Source: Prasinococcaceae sp. CCMP 1430
Taxonomy: Eukaryota; Plantae; Prasinodermophyta
Direction: 5' to 3'
DNA length: 64,000 nt
Assembly (NCBI GenBank): GCA_013416795.1
Contig: RQSC01000525.1
Coordinates: 7,679 to 71,678, forward strand
In this document: one piece after another, positions 1 to 11,137 of the stretch
Numbering within the stretch: the first letter of the stretch is position 1
How the letters are laid out: each line of letters opens with the position of its first letter
Program-made: the position numbers and the translations under genes
The notes under the pieces: model-generated
Told to the model about the DNA's origin: nothing
The model's database searches: none
Seen by the model: the letters and a program-made list of their open reading frames with translations, nothing else

Positions 1-79
1 TGGAGGTCACGGCGGCGCGCTGGGGGTGGGCGCCAGACCGCGCGCGCAGCAGCAGTCCCCTCCCACCCCTGCCGCAGCC

Positions 80-832
80 ATGGTGAAGTTCATGAAGAAC
101 GGCAAGGTGGTGGTGCTCCTCACCGGCCGCTTCGCCGGCCGCAAGGCGGTGATCGTCAAGAACTACGACGAGGGCACGCCGCAGAGGCCGTACGGCCACG
201 CGATCGTGTGCGGCATCAACAAGTACCCGCGCAAGGTGCGGGCGGCGCGCGAGCGGCGGCGCGCGAGCGGCGGCGCGNNNNNNNNNNNNNNNNNNNNNNN
301 NNNNNNNNNNNNNNNNNNNNNNNNNNNNNNNNNNNNNNNNNNNNNNNNCGCGCGCCAGCTCCCGATCGCGCGCGCCAGGCGCGGCCACGCGGAAGTCGTC
401 GGGGGCGCCCTGCCGGGCGGAAGCGCGCATGGGGAGTCGGGGACGAGCCCCGCGCGCACGCGCGCCAGGGCCGGTGCGCGCGAGGGTTGCCGCGCCCATC
501 GGCCCATTTTCTGACATTTCCCCGCGCCCGAAAAAAAAAAAAACGCATCGCTCGCCGCCGCCCGCCTGCGCGCCACGCAGGTGAAGAAGAGGCAGTCGAA
601 GAAGGAGCAGGAGAAGCGCGCCCGCATGAAGACCTTCGTGAAGGTGGTCAACTACAACCACCTCATGCCCACCCGCTACACCATGGACGCCGACCTCAAG
701 TCGATCGTCACCGCCGACGTCGTCGACAACGAGGCCAAGCGCACCGAGGCTAAGAAGGAGTCCAAGAAGGTGCTCGAGGAGCGCTTCCAGACGGGCAAGA
801 ACCGCTGGTTCTTCACCAAGCTGCGCTTCTAA
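80..832 (+). CDS. RPL27: 60S ribosomal protein L27e; exons 80-235 and 581-832 (intron contains an N gap)
   Basis: Spliced translation [32 protein letters not shown]...KYPRK|VKKRQSKK...[18 protein letters not shown]...[12 protein letters not shown] matches the eL27 family; AAG|GTGCG donor and CACGCAG acceptor. Confidence 0.97.
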
Positions 833-1613
833 ATCGCGGGTCCTACGAAGGCCCCCTGACGCGCGCCGCAGGGCGAACCCCGCCGCATCGCACATGCGCA
901 TGCGGGGTCGCCGCGCTGGACGCGCAGGGGCCGGACTCGTGAGCAGCGCCGCTCACCTCTCGCAGCACGGGTAATGGTACGATACACGTACACGAACACT
1001 GCGTCGGGCGCCTGCGCGACGCGCACGAGCAGCACCGCTCGCGGCGCGGGCGCGGGCGCGCGCGCGCACGCACGCATGCGCACAAGCGCACGCGCACACG
1101 GGCACAGGCACGTATGCACACGGCGCGCCCTGGCGCAGCCCGCCACGACAGTCCACACAAATTGGCGGCACGCCTCGCCGTGCCTGCGGGGCGCGCCTCG
1201 GGCTCCGCTCCCCGCAGCGGCGGCTTACACGGGGCCGCGCGGCGCGCATGCATGCGCGGCGCGCGTGTGAGATCCCGTCCGTCGCAACGCCCCGCCCGGT
1301 CGCCGGCGAGCTCCTGCTAGTGTACACGCGCTCACTTGGACAGCACGCCCTGTTACGGCCCGCGCCGAGGAAGGCGGCGTCGCGGCAGGTCATGTCAGCG
1401 GCGCGTACGCACGTCGACGTGCGGCATGTTCGACAGTGTTCGTGCGTGCGCGTGTTTGCGTGATTGCCTGCGTGCGCTGTGTGTGTGCATGTTTGTGCGT
1501 GTGTATGTGTGCGTGTGCGTGCGTGTGCGTGGGGGAGGGGGGTAGGATGCGCACGTGCCCACGCGTGCACGAGCACACTTCGCGGCGTCGCGCGAATAAA
1601 GGGGATGGCGCAC

Positions 1614-2328
1614 CTGGAAGGGGTCGCGGTCCTGCAGGGCCGTCCGGATGATCTCCGCGCTGGCCTCGCGCTGCGGGTCGGCCTCGAGCTCCTTGCCGAA
1701 GCCCTTCTCCTTGCGCCACTCGGTGGAGTAGATCTTGGAGAGGTACTTGATGCCACTGTCGGGCAGCACGGTGACGATGACGCCGCTGTCGATGCGGCCG
1801 GAGAGCTCCACGCAGCCGTGCACGTTGAGCCCCCCCGAGCCGCCCGCCAGGACGCCCTCCGTCTCGGACATGCGCTGGCACATGTCGAAGGCCTGCTTGT
1901 CGGTCACCGAGATCATGCTGTCGACGTAGTCGAAGTTCATCGTGCCCGGCACGCTGTCCTTGCCCACGCCCTCGACGCAGTACGAGCGCGCCGCCAGCAC
2001 GCCCTGCTTGTGTGCCACCTTGCCGTTGTTGAAGGCGCCCAGCAGCACCGAGCCCACCGGGTCGGGGCACAGCACCTTGACGGCGCCACCGGAGACCTCC
2101 TTGAGGTACTTGCCCGTGCCCGACACCGTGCCGCCCGTCGAGCCGCCCGCGACGAAGTGCGTCACGCGACCCGCAGTCTGCTCCCAGATCTCGGGGCCCA
2201 GAGTCTTGTAGTACGCCACGGGGTTGTCGGGGTTCTCGTACTGGTCCACGCCGAAGTAGCTGAGGGCGCGCCATCCAGGCGCGAGCACGCGCGTGTCAGA
2301 TGCACGCGCGTGCGCGCGTGTTCGCGCG

Positions 2329-2388
<60 letters not shown>

Positions 2389-2774
2389 TGTGTGTTTGTG
2401 TGTGTGTGTGCGTGTACGCGTGCGCGAATGCGTCCAGTGTGTGTGCGTGCGAGTGAATGCGTGCAAGGTAGGTGTGTGCGCGCACACGCGCGCGCCCTCA
2501 CCCCTTGTTGCGCGCGCACAGCGTGGCCTCGAGATTCACGTAGTGCTCCGGGTGATCAGCGGCGAGGCCATCGGCCGCCACGATGAGCTCGCCGCCGTAC
2601 GCCCGCATGGAGTCGCGCTTCTCCTCGGAGCACTTCTTGTTGGTGATGGCGATGTACTTGTACCCGCGCATCGCCGCCATCATAGCGATCGCCGCGCCCG
2701 TGTTGCCCGACGTCGACGCCACCACCTGCGTGCGGGCGTGAGCACGTGTGCGAGTCAGACGTGCGTGTGTGTCT

Positions 2775-2843
<69 letters not shown>

Positions 2844-3221
2844 CACGCTCGTGCGCGCGTGTGCGCGATCGCACTCGCACACACACTCACGCACAGCCGC
2901 GCGCGCCCGGCTGACACGCGCACACGTCTGCGTGGCGCACCCGCACGGCTCCTCCTGCGCCGATCGGCGCGCACTTACCGTGTCGCCCGCCTTGAGCCTC
3001 CCCTCCGCCTCGGCGTTGGCGATGATGTGCTGCGCGATGCGGTCCTTGATGGAGCCCGACGGGTTGAGGAACTCCGCCTTGGCGAGGATCTTCACGTTGG
3101 GGTTGCGGCTGAGCCTGCTCAGGTCGATCAGCGGCGTGCCGCCGATGAGCGTCGACGCGCGGCCCACCGGCGGCGCCTCGCCGCCGCCCGCCCGCCGCTC
3201 GGAGCTCTGCTTGGCGCCCAT
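1614..3221 (-). CDS. Cystathionine beta-synthase / cysteine-synthase-family PLP enzyme; exons 3221-2979, 2725-2502, 2259-1614; 3' exon(s) below 1614 unresolved
   Basis: Motifs EFLNPSGSIKDR (PLP lysine), STSGNTG, GGSTGGTVSG, DQYENPDNP, TVLPDSGIKYLSKIY; GT-AG introns keep frame. The PDSGxxYLSK tail and DQYxNPxNP are more CBS-like than OAS-TL-like. Confidence 0.88.
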
Positions 3222-3529
3222 CGCGCTCGCGGCGGGAGGCGCGGAAGGCGCGGAAGGCGAGGGCGTGCGTCCACGCGCGCGAGCGCGCACACGCACACAC
3301 ACAGCTGCACACACACACACCCGCACCCGCACACACACAGCTGCGCGCGCGCGCGCGAGCGCGCGTCTGCCGTCTGCCGCGCGGGCGCAAGCCGCAGCCG
3401 CCGCCGCAGTCACGGCCACCCCCGCCGCACCCGGCCCCGACCCACACACCAGCGCGCGCGCGAGCGGTGTGGCGCGCCCCTCACTGGCGCGGGCATCGAC
3501 GCGCACATGCAGACGCACGTAGGCTTGCG

Positions 3530-3950
3530 CTCACACACGCACGCGCCCGCCCGCCCGCCCGCACGCACGCACGCACGCGCCGCGCCGTGCCGTGCCGTGC
3601 GCCCTGGCGGCCTCGAACTGGATAACTCGCGCGTGCGTGTGCGTGCGCGTGTGCGTGTGCGTGTGCGTGTGCGCGTGCGCGTGTGTGTGTCAGACGTGTG
3701 TTCTCGTGTGTGTGTGTGCGTGTGTGAATGTGTGAATGTGTGTGAATGTGTGTGTGTGTGCTGTGCGTGTGTGAACGTGTGTGTGTGAGAATGTGTGCGT
3801 GTGTGTGAATGTGTGTGTGTGAAAATGTGTGTGTGTGTGAACGTGTGTGTGTGAAAATGTGTGTGTGTGTGAACGTGTGTGTGTGTGAATGTGTGTGTGC
3901 GTATGTGTGTGTGAATGTGTGAATGTGTGTGTGTGCTGTGCGTGTAACGC
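3530..3950. repeat. Degenerate (TG)n minisatellite with GTGTGTGAA(C/T)G units; probably a 5'-UTR intron of the minus-strand CBS-like gene
   Basis: Visible TG runs broken by GAA; a minus-strand CTGAC branch-like motif (plus gtcag near 3689) as in other introns. Confidence 0.6.
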
Positions 3951-4479
3951 TTTTTGACCTGCGGGGAAGAGCGCGCGAGCTCGCACCACGTACGTTTAGT
4001 AAAGGTTTGACGGGGCCACGGCGAGCGCGATGTTTGAGGTCGTAGTCTCCAGGGTTTGTATTTAGAAGTTCGCATGCATTTTGATACGTCGAAGTTCGCA
4101 TGCATTTTGATAGGCGTTGCATTTTTGCATGCTTTTTGACGTGCGGGGCGGCGGGCGAGCCGTTCGGGCCTCTGTGCCACTCTGCTGCGGCGTTCGAATT
4201 CGGGCTGCGCCGAGGCGCGGGGCCGCAGGCGTCGGCGACGGTGGTGGTGGGGGGGGTGTGGAGAGGGTGTGCCACACTGCGGGCACGCGAGGGGAGGTGG
4301 GAGGTGGGAGGTGCACGCGCGCGCGCGCACTCTCACGCTGCCCCGCGCGCGCAGCACGCGTGCGCGCTCTTCCCCCGACCCCACATTCGCATCCGCCGCA
4401 CGGGGTTGGCGGTGGGTGTGGGGCGTGTGCCACACTGAGGGCCCGCGGGGGGGGGAGGTGGGTGCGCAAGGGGTTGGAT

Positions 4480-4685
4480 ATGCCGTCGTCGGCGCCGACG
4501 GCCGCGGACGTGGGCGCGCTGCGCGCGCGCGCCGCGGCGGAGCCCGGCCGCGACGCCGCCGAGCGCCTACTCGTGGAATCGCTGGCGAACGTGCAGGCGC
4601 GGGCGGAGGCCGCTGCCGCCGCGCACGCGGCCCAGCGCGCCGCGCGCCAGGCGCGGCTGCAGGCGCTGATCGCCGGCGGCGCACA

Positions 4686-4723
<38 letters not shown>

Positions 4724-6552
4724 CGGATCCAAAACCGGCCCTTCCCGGCGGCCGAGGACGTCGCGACGCGGCGACAGCGGCGCTGGCGGCGCTCGGCGGC
4801 CTTAAGGCACTCTCGCCGGGCGCCGACGCCGAGCACGCGGACGCCCTCGGGCGCCCGCCCGCAGGCCCGCACGGCGCCTGGCTCGCGGAGCCCGCCGCGC
4901 TCGCGTCGGACGGCGACACGCCCGCTAGGCTCGAGGCGCTCGCGTCGCGTGTCGGGGCACTGCGGCGGCACTTCGGGGTTGACACCACGCCGCCCAAGGC
5001 TCTTCCGGCAGTCGTGCAGTCGACGACGCGCTCGCCCACGCCGGCTGCCGAGGCGCTCGGCTCGTCGCCCTCGCTCCCGGGGGATGCGCTTCGGCTCACA
5101 TTCTCGCGCTCGTCGTCGGCGTCCCCGTTGCGCGCGCGCGTACACGCGCTCGCAGGCGCGAGCGCGGGGTTTGGCTCACCGCTGGGGGTTGCTGCAAGGC
5201 CCGCCAGTGCCCCGATGGCCGCGGTCGCGACGGGGCTTGGGACCACGGGGGATGATGCCGGCGCACACGGCCTCGTAAGTCCGTCGGTGGCAGCGGCACG
5301 CGAGGCGCTCGCCGCTGCCGACGAAGCGGCGGCAGTCGACGCCGCCCGTGCGGCGGCGAGGGCGAGGCTTGCGGCGGAGGCGACCAAGGTAAGTGGCGAG
5401 TGCTTTGCGCCCGCACGCGCTCCTTCCGCACGGGCGCACGCACCCGAGCACGCGTGAGCGCGCGCCGGGCTTCATCGACTCATCTCCGCGAAAGTGGTGC
5501 TGACCCGCTGCGCTCGTCCTCTGCTCTTTTTTCCCTTACCGTCCTCCACATTTCTCTTGCGCGCGCCCCGACGTGCGCGACGATAGAGCGCTGTGCTCGT
5601 CGCCGCGGCAAGAGCGCCCGCGCGCGAGCGATTACACACCGCAGCTGCCGGCGGGCGCGCGCGCGCGCGCTCGGCCGGCCCACCGCACGTGCGCGAGACC
5701 GCAGCGAGCCGGGCGCGCGCGCGCGCAGTGTCTGCACCCCGCCGTCTCGATGCCGTCGAGCGGCGGATGGCGCGCTCAAAGCGTGCGCTGGCCGGACACC
5801 GCGCGCGTGACGGCGGTCCCACTCTCGCAGAGAGGACAGTTCGGCCACAGGAGGTGCGACGTGCTCTCCCCTTCGTGTGCCTGCGGCCGCCGCTTGCGTG
5901 CACGGCTGACGACCTCGACGCACGCTGTGTCACGGCCACGCGCGCGCGCACGCGCGCTCAGACCGAGTCCAAGCCTGTTCTCGCAAGCGTGAGCACATCG
6001 CATGCCACTCGCTCGCCGACGCCTTCCCTGCCGGTGCCGTCCCGCTCGCGAGCGGCATCGGCTCCCCTCAGCCGTACGCCGCCGCTCCGCGCGCGCGCGC
6101 CGTCGCTGTCGCCGCCGGCGGGCGCGGGCTCGCCGTCGAGCACGCTGCTCACGCAGCTCCGAGCGCTCGCGCGCACCGCGCGGAAGGCGCGCCGCTCGAG
6201 CGAGGCTGGCGACTGGGAAGAAGCCGCGGCTGCTGCTGCGCTGGCCGTGAGTGCAACCGGTGGTAGGTCGGCGTCGGGCGCGGCGTGTGGCGATGAGCCC
6301 ACGGCGATGGCGGCGCGGCTGGTCGGGGAAGTGAACGAGCGCATGGCCGCGGCGGCGGTGCGGCTGCACGCCCCGTTCAGCGCGAGCGGCGTGGCACGCC
6401 ACCTGGGGGTGGGTGCCGGCGGCGTTGGCGTCCGCGAGCTGGGCGCCTCCGCACGGGACGTCACAGCGCCAGGCGCGCACGCGCGCGAAGGCGCCCTGGA
6501 CGGGCGCGAACGCGCGCCGGGCGCGGCTGAGTCAAGACGCGCCAGCGTCTAG
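4480..6552 (+). CDS. Uncharacterised Ala/Ser/Pro-rich protein with polyQ; probable exons 4480-5388, about 5729-5853, 5961-6552
   Basis: Long open frame from ATG 4480 with a 13-Q tract, strong AAG|GTAAGT donor at 5389, CTCAG acceptor at 5960 opening a frame to 6552; no family motif recognised. Confidence 0.5.
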
Positions 6553-6810
6553 CTAGTATTTCAGGAGTAGGACGGATGAGTGGAGCCTGTCGGGCACTGT
6601 CGCAGCGCGCGCGGCGGACTGCGCGCTCGCTGCGTGTTCGGATCGCCTGCATTTGTGCGTAGGCTGGGCGTGGGCGAGCCTCTTGTACGCGCGCGCGAGA
6701 CACAAAAATGGATGATACAATCGGCAGAGCCGCGCGAGCGTGCGTCGGCGCAGGAGGCCGCGCGCGCCCGCGCGCGCGAGAGTGAGGTGGCCGCCCCCCG
6801 GCCTCGCCGC

Positions 6811-7719
6811 TCAGATGACCTTGGCCTCGTTCTTGAGCTTGTCGACGAGGTCGTCGACGCTCTCGACCATCACGCCACCCGCGCGCTTGGGCGGCTCCGA
6901 CACGCGCACGGTCTCGAGCTGCGCCGCCATCTCCACGCCGAGGTCGGCGGGCGAGAGCGCCTCGATCTTCTTCTTCTTCGCCTTCATGATGGCCGGCAGC
7001 TTGGCGTAGCGCGGCTCGTTGAGCCGCAGGTCGGCCGTGACCACTGCGGGCAGCTTGAGCGCGACGGTCTCCATTCCCGCGTCCACCTCGCGCACGATGG
7101 TCGCCCTGCCACCGGCCGCGTCGATCTCGACGCTCGACGCGAAGGTCCCCTGCGGCCAACCCAGCTTGGCGCCGAGCATCTGGCCCGTCTGGTTGTGGTC
7201 GCCGTCGATCGCCTGCTTGCCCATCAGCACGAGGTCGGCGCCGTCGCGCCTGGCGAGCGCCGCGAGCGCCTCGGCGATGCCAAGCGGCTGCGGCTGCGGC
7301 GCGTCGTCGGGCACTGCGATGTGCGCCGCCCTGTCCGCGCCGAGCGCCAGCGCGTGGCGCAGCACGTCCTGGCTGCTCTTGGGCCCCACGGTGACGGCCA
7401 CCACCTCGGTGGCGACCTTGGCCTCCTGCGTCGCGGGGGGCGGCGCGGCGCACGGGAAGGGCCGGGCGGGCGGGTGACGGCGGCGCTCGCGGCGTCAGCG
7501 ACGGCCCCGCGGCGGCTCGATCGCGGCGGCGCGGCCCCGCACTGCCGCCCTCCGGCCCTCGCGCCGCACCTTGAGCCTGACGGCCTCCTCGAGCGCGATC
7601 TCGCAGAACGGGTTCATCGCGTGCTTGACCGACGCCGTCTCGACGCCGCCGCCGTCGGCGCGCACGCGGATCTTCGCCGCGTAGTCGACGCAGCGCTTGA
7701 CGGCGACGAGGACGCGCAT
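6811..7719 (-). CDS. ETFB: Electron transfer flavoprotein beta subunit; exons 7719-7570 and 7425-6811
   Basis: [19 protein letters not shown]...[16 protein letters not shown]|[11 protein letters not shown]...[17 protein letters not shown]...[21 protein letters not shown]...LKNEAKVI, the diagnostic ETF-beta sequence. Confidence 0.97.
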
Positions 7720-8686
7720 GGCCCTCCCCGCTGCAGCCGCCGCCGCCGCCGCGAGATGGATGGCGGGGGGGGGGGCGTTGATGCGCGCACGCCCGCGCCC
7801 CCCCGCGCGCGCTGTGGCGCAGCAGGCAGGCCAACACCCACACAAAAATAAAAAATAAAAAAATAAAAATAAAAAATGGCCCCTGTTCGATAAACTGTAC
7901 ACCTACGCTTCGCGCCAAAATATGTAGGTCAAAATGCACGTGATTCGAACGCTGGCGAAATGCAGGGGCGACGGACGGTTAGGCCGCAGCGCAGCGCGGT
8001 GCCGGCGGGGAGTGTGTGTGGGGGGGTGAGTACCGAGGGCGGCGGGAGCGAGTGCGCGCGGCGTGGGGCGCGCGTGATGGACCGAGAGGGCGCCGCGCGG
8101 GCGTGCCAGGCGCGCGCGCGCGCGAGCGCGTGTGCCCCCGCCCCTCCCCCGCCTGCGCCCGCCTCCCCGCCTGCCCCCGCGCGCGCGCGCGCTTTTGAGC
8201 ATTCACGAATGGCGGGAAAACAACGCAGGCAACGCGCGCATTCGGCCGCCGCCATCAAACGCCATGCGAAGGGCGCGCCGCACCCGAATCGTACTCGCCC
8301 GTTGGTAATGTAGATCCGATCGTACGTACGTGATCTGTGATGGGGCTTCGCTCTGCGTACCCCGCAGGGCACATATGTCATATGGCATATGCGCGCTAAG
8401 CTCAGGGCGGGGATGCGGATGCGCTTTGTGTGGCGCTCGTGTGAGTGTGTGTGCGCTTGTGTGGCTGGTGGGTGGGTGGGGAGGGGGTCGTCGCGCGAAC
8501 ACACACACGCGCGCGCACGCACGCGTACGCACGCTCTCGTACGCACGTGTGCGCACGCACGCGAGGACGCGCTTGCGCGCGCGTGCGCGCGCGCGCGGTG
8601 TGTGTGCGCACGCGCGCGCGCAAGCGAGCGCGCACGCGCGTGCCACACGTCGCGAGCGCGTAGACGGAGGTGTGTGGGGGAGAGAG

Positions 8687-10720
8687 ATGCTGCGCCGCGC
8701 GGCGGCGCTGGCGGCGCGCGGGGTGTTGCACCCGCGCGACCGTGCGCTGTGGTCGTCCTCCTCCGCCGCCTCCGCCGCGGACTTCCCGGGCCTCCCCGCG
8801 GGGCCGCCCGCCGGCTTCACGAGCGAGCTGTCGCTGTCGGCGCCGGCCGCGCCGCTGCCCGTGTACCGCGCACTCGACGACGCCGGCGGCGTGGTCGCCG
8901 GGGGAGCGCCGCTGTCGGAGCGCCTCGACGAGGCCGAGGCGGTGCGTGCGCGCACACGCGCGCGCCCAAGACCACACCTTACGCACACGCGCACACACAC
9001 GCGCATGCACACACATCTGACATGCACACTCTCACACACGCGCACAGGTTCGCATGTACGGATGCATGGTGACCCTGCAGGCGATGGACGCGGTGTTCTA
9101 CGAGGCGCAGCGGCAGGGGCGCTTCAGCTTCTACATGACGGCCACGGGAGAGGAGGCGGTACGCACACGCACGCGCGCGCGCAATCACTTGCGCTCGAAC
9201 GCACACACACACACACACACACATCTGACGCGTGCGCGCGCGCTCACACACACGCGTGACTCGCACACACACACAGAGCAACATTGGCAGCGCCGCCGCG
9301 CTGCGCGACGAGGACGTTGTTTTCGCGCAGTACCGTGAGGCGGGCGTTCTGCTGTGGCGCGGGTGGTGCGCCAGGCGCTTCGCGGACCAGCTCGTGGGCA
9401 ACATCGACGACCTCGGCAAGGGGAGGCAGGTGCGTGCGCGCGCGCGCGCGCGTGTGCATGTGGCAAATGCGTGTATGTGTGGGTATGTTTGCGTGCGCTC
9501 GTGCAAGTGCGGGCGCGCTCGAGATGCGCTCCCCTGACAACGAGGTTCGCCGCGTCCGCCATGCCACGCCACGCGCACGCCCCGCAGATGCCCGTGCACT
9601 ACGGCGACGCCTCGCGCAACTTCCACACCATCTCCTCCCCCCTCGCCACGCAGCTGCCTCAAGCTGTGGGTGCCGCGTACGGCCTCAAACTCTCCGGCGC
9701 GGACGATGCCGTCGCCGTGGCGTACTTCGGCGATGGCGCCGCGTCGGAGGGAGACTTCCATGCCGCGCTCAACTTTGCGGCGACGCTCGACGCGCCAGTG
9801 CTCTTCGTGTGCCGCAACAATGGATACGCCATCAGGTGGGTGTGCTTGTGCATGTGTGTGCATGTGCGGGTGTCTGTGTATGTGCGCGCGCGCAAGCGCT
9901 CCTTGCGGCGCCTTGTGGATCATCTACTCACACACGGATATTTGCACACACGTGCACACACACGCGCACGCATGCCATCAGCACGCCCGCCGCCGAGCAG
10001 TTCCGTGGCGACGGCATCGCCGGGCGCGCGGGGGCGTACGGCCTGCGGGCGCTGCGCGTCGACGGCAACGACGCGCTCGCCGTGCGCGAGGCCGTCGCGC
10101 ACGCAAGGGAGGCCGCGCTGAAGGTGCGTAGGCGAATACACCGTATGTGTGTGTGCGTGTGTGTGTGCCTGCACGCGCCACTTTCGGCGTCCGCCATCGA
10201 GCGGAACATCTGCTTACACGTGTGCGTGTGCGCACGCACGCACATACGCGCACGCACACGCACTCAAGGACTCCGCGGCGGTGGTCGTCGAGTGCATGAC
10301 GTACCGCTCGGGCCACCACTCCACATCGGACGACTCGAGCCGCTACCGCGCCGCTGACGAGATCAGCCACTGGCGGACCGCACGCGACCCCGTGGAGCGC
10401 TTCAAGCAGGTGAGGGCGACCCTGCGTGTGGGTGTGTTCGTGTGTGTGTGTGTGTGATATAGCGTGGTCCTGACCCCCGCGCCCAGGCGCTCACCGCCGA
10501 GGGCTGGTGGGACGACGCCCGCGAACAAGCCGCGCGCGCGTCCGCCCGGCGCGACGTGGTGGCCGCCCTCGACGCCGCCGAGGCCGCGCCCAAGCCGCCT
10601 CTCGCCGAGATGTTCCGCGACGTCTACGCCGAGCAGCCGCCACACCTCGCCGAGCAGGAGGATGAGGTGAGAGAGTTCGTGCGACGGTTCCCCAGCCACT
10701 ACGCGCAAGGGGGGCGCTGA
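8687..10720 (+). CDS. BCKDHA: Branched-chain 2-oxoacid dehydrogenase E1 alpha, mitochondrial; 7 exons (8687-8941, ~9048-9159, ~9277-9429, ~9588-9835, 9982-10123, 10269-10409, ~10487-10720)
   Basis: [48 protein letters not shown] motif [17 protein letters not shown]...[15 protein letters not shown]; Arg/Ala-rich presequence. Confidence 0.96.
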
Positions 10721-11137
10721 GGCAGATTCGATACCCAAGGACTCCGGCGGCACCTGCGCACCGCTGCCTGTCCGGCTATAATTCTCTATGCCCATGCATT
10801 AGCACGCACATACGAGCACACACACGCACGAACACGCACGAAGACGCACGCATTCCAGCGCAACAAGTGTGTACAGCACGTGCGTTACAGACTGCGCCAG
10901 CGCAGCGCCGCGTGCGTATGCGGCCCTGCGTGCGAATAGTGTACAGTCGCGCGGAGCGTTTGCCCTTCCCCAGCAGCGTGCGCGCGTTGCTCCGGCCGAA
11001 CCTGGCCATCCTCGCCTTCATTCCCGAGTGAGCGCTGGAGAGACGCGTGTGAATCCTACGGACGCGAGTCATACGCGGGAGTCATACGCGGTCAGTCCTC
11101 GCGTTTCGACCGGCCGCGGGCGGCGCGAGCATCAGCT

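Noticed and set aside
236-580. Intronic snoRNA in RPL27
   Set aside because: A CTGA (box D-like) is present near 511 but no RUGAUGA box C or terminal stem is visible; part of the intron is an N gap
829-1600. Further CBS exons or a separate gene at 0.8-1.6 kb
   Set aside because: Several possible acceptors but no frame with recognisable CBS-domain or other motifs; left unannotated
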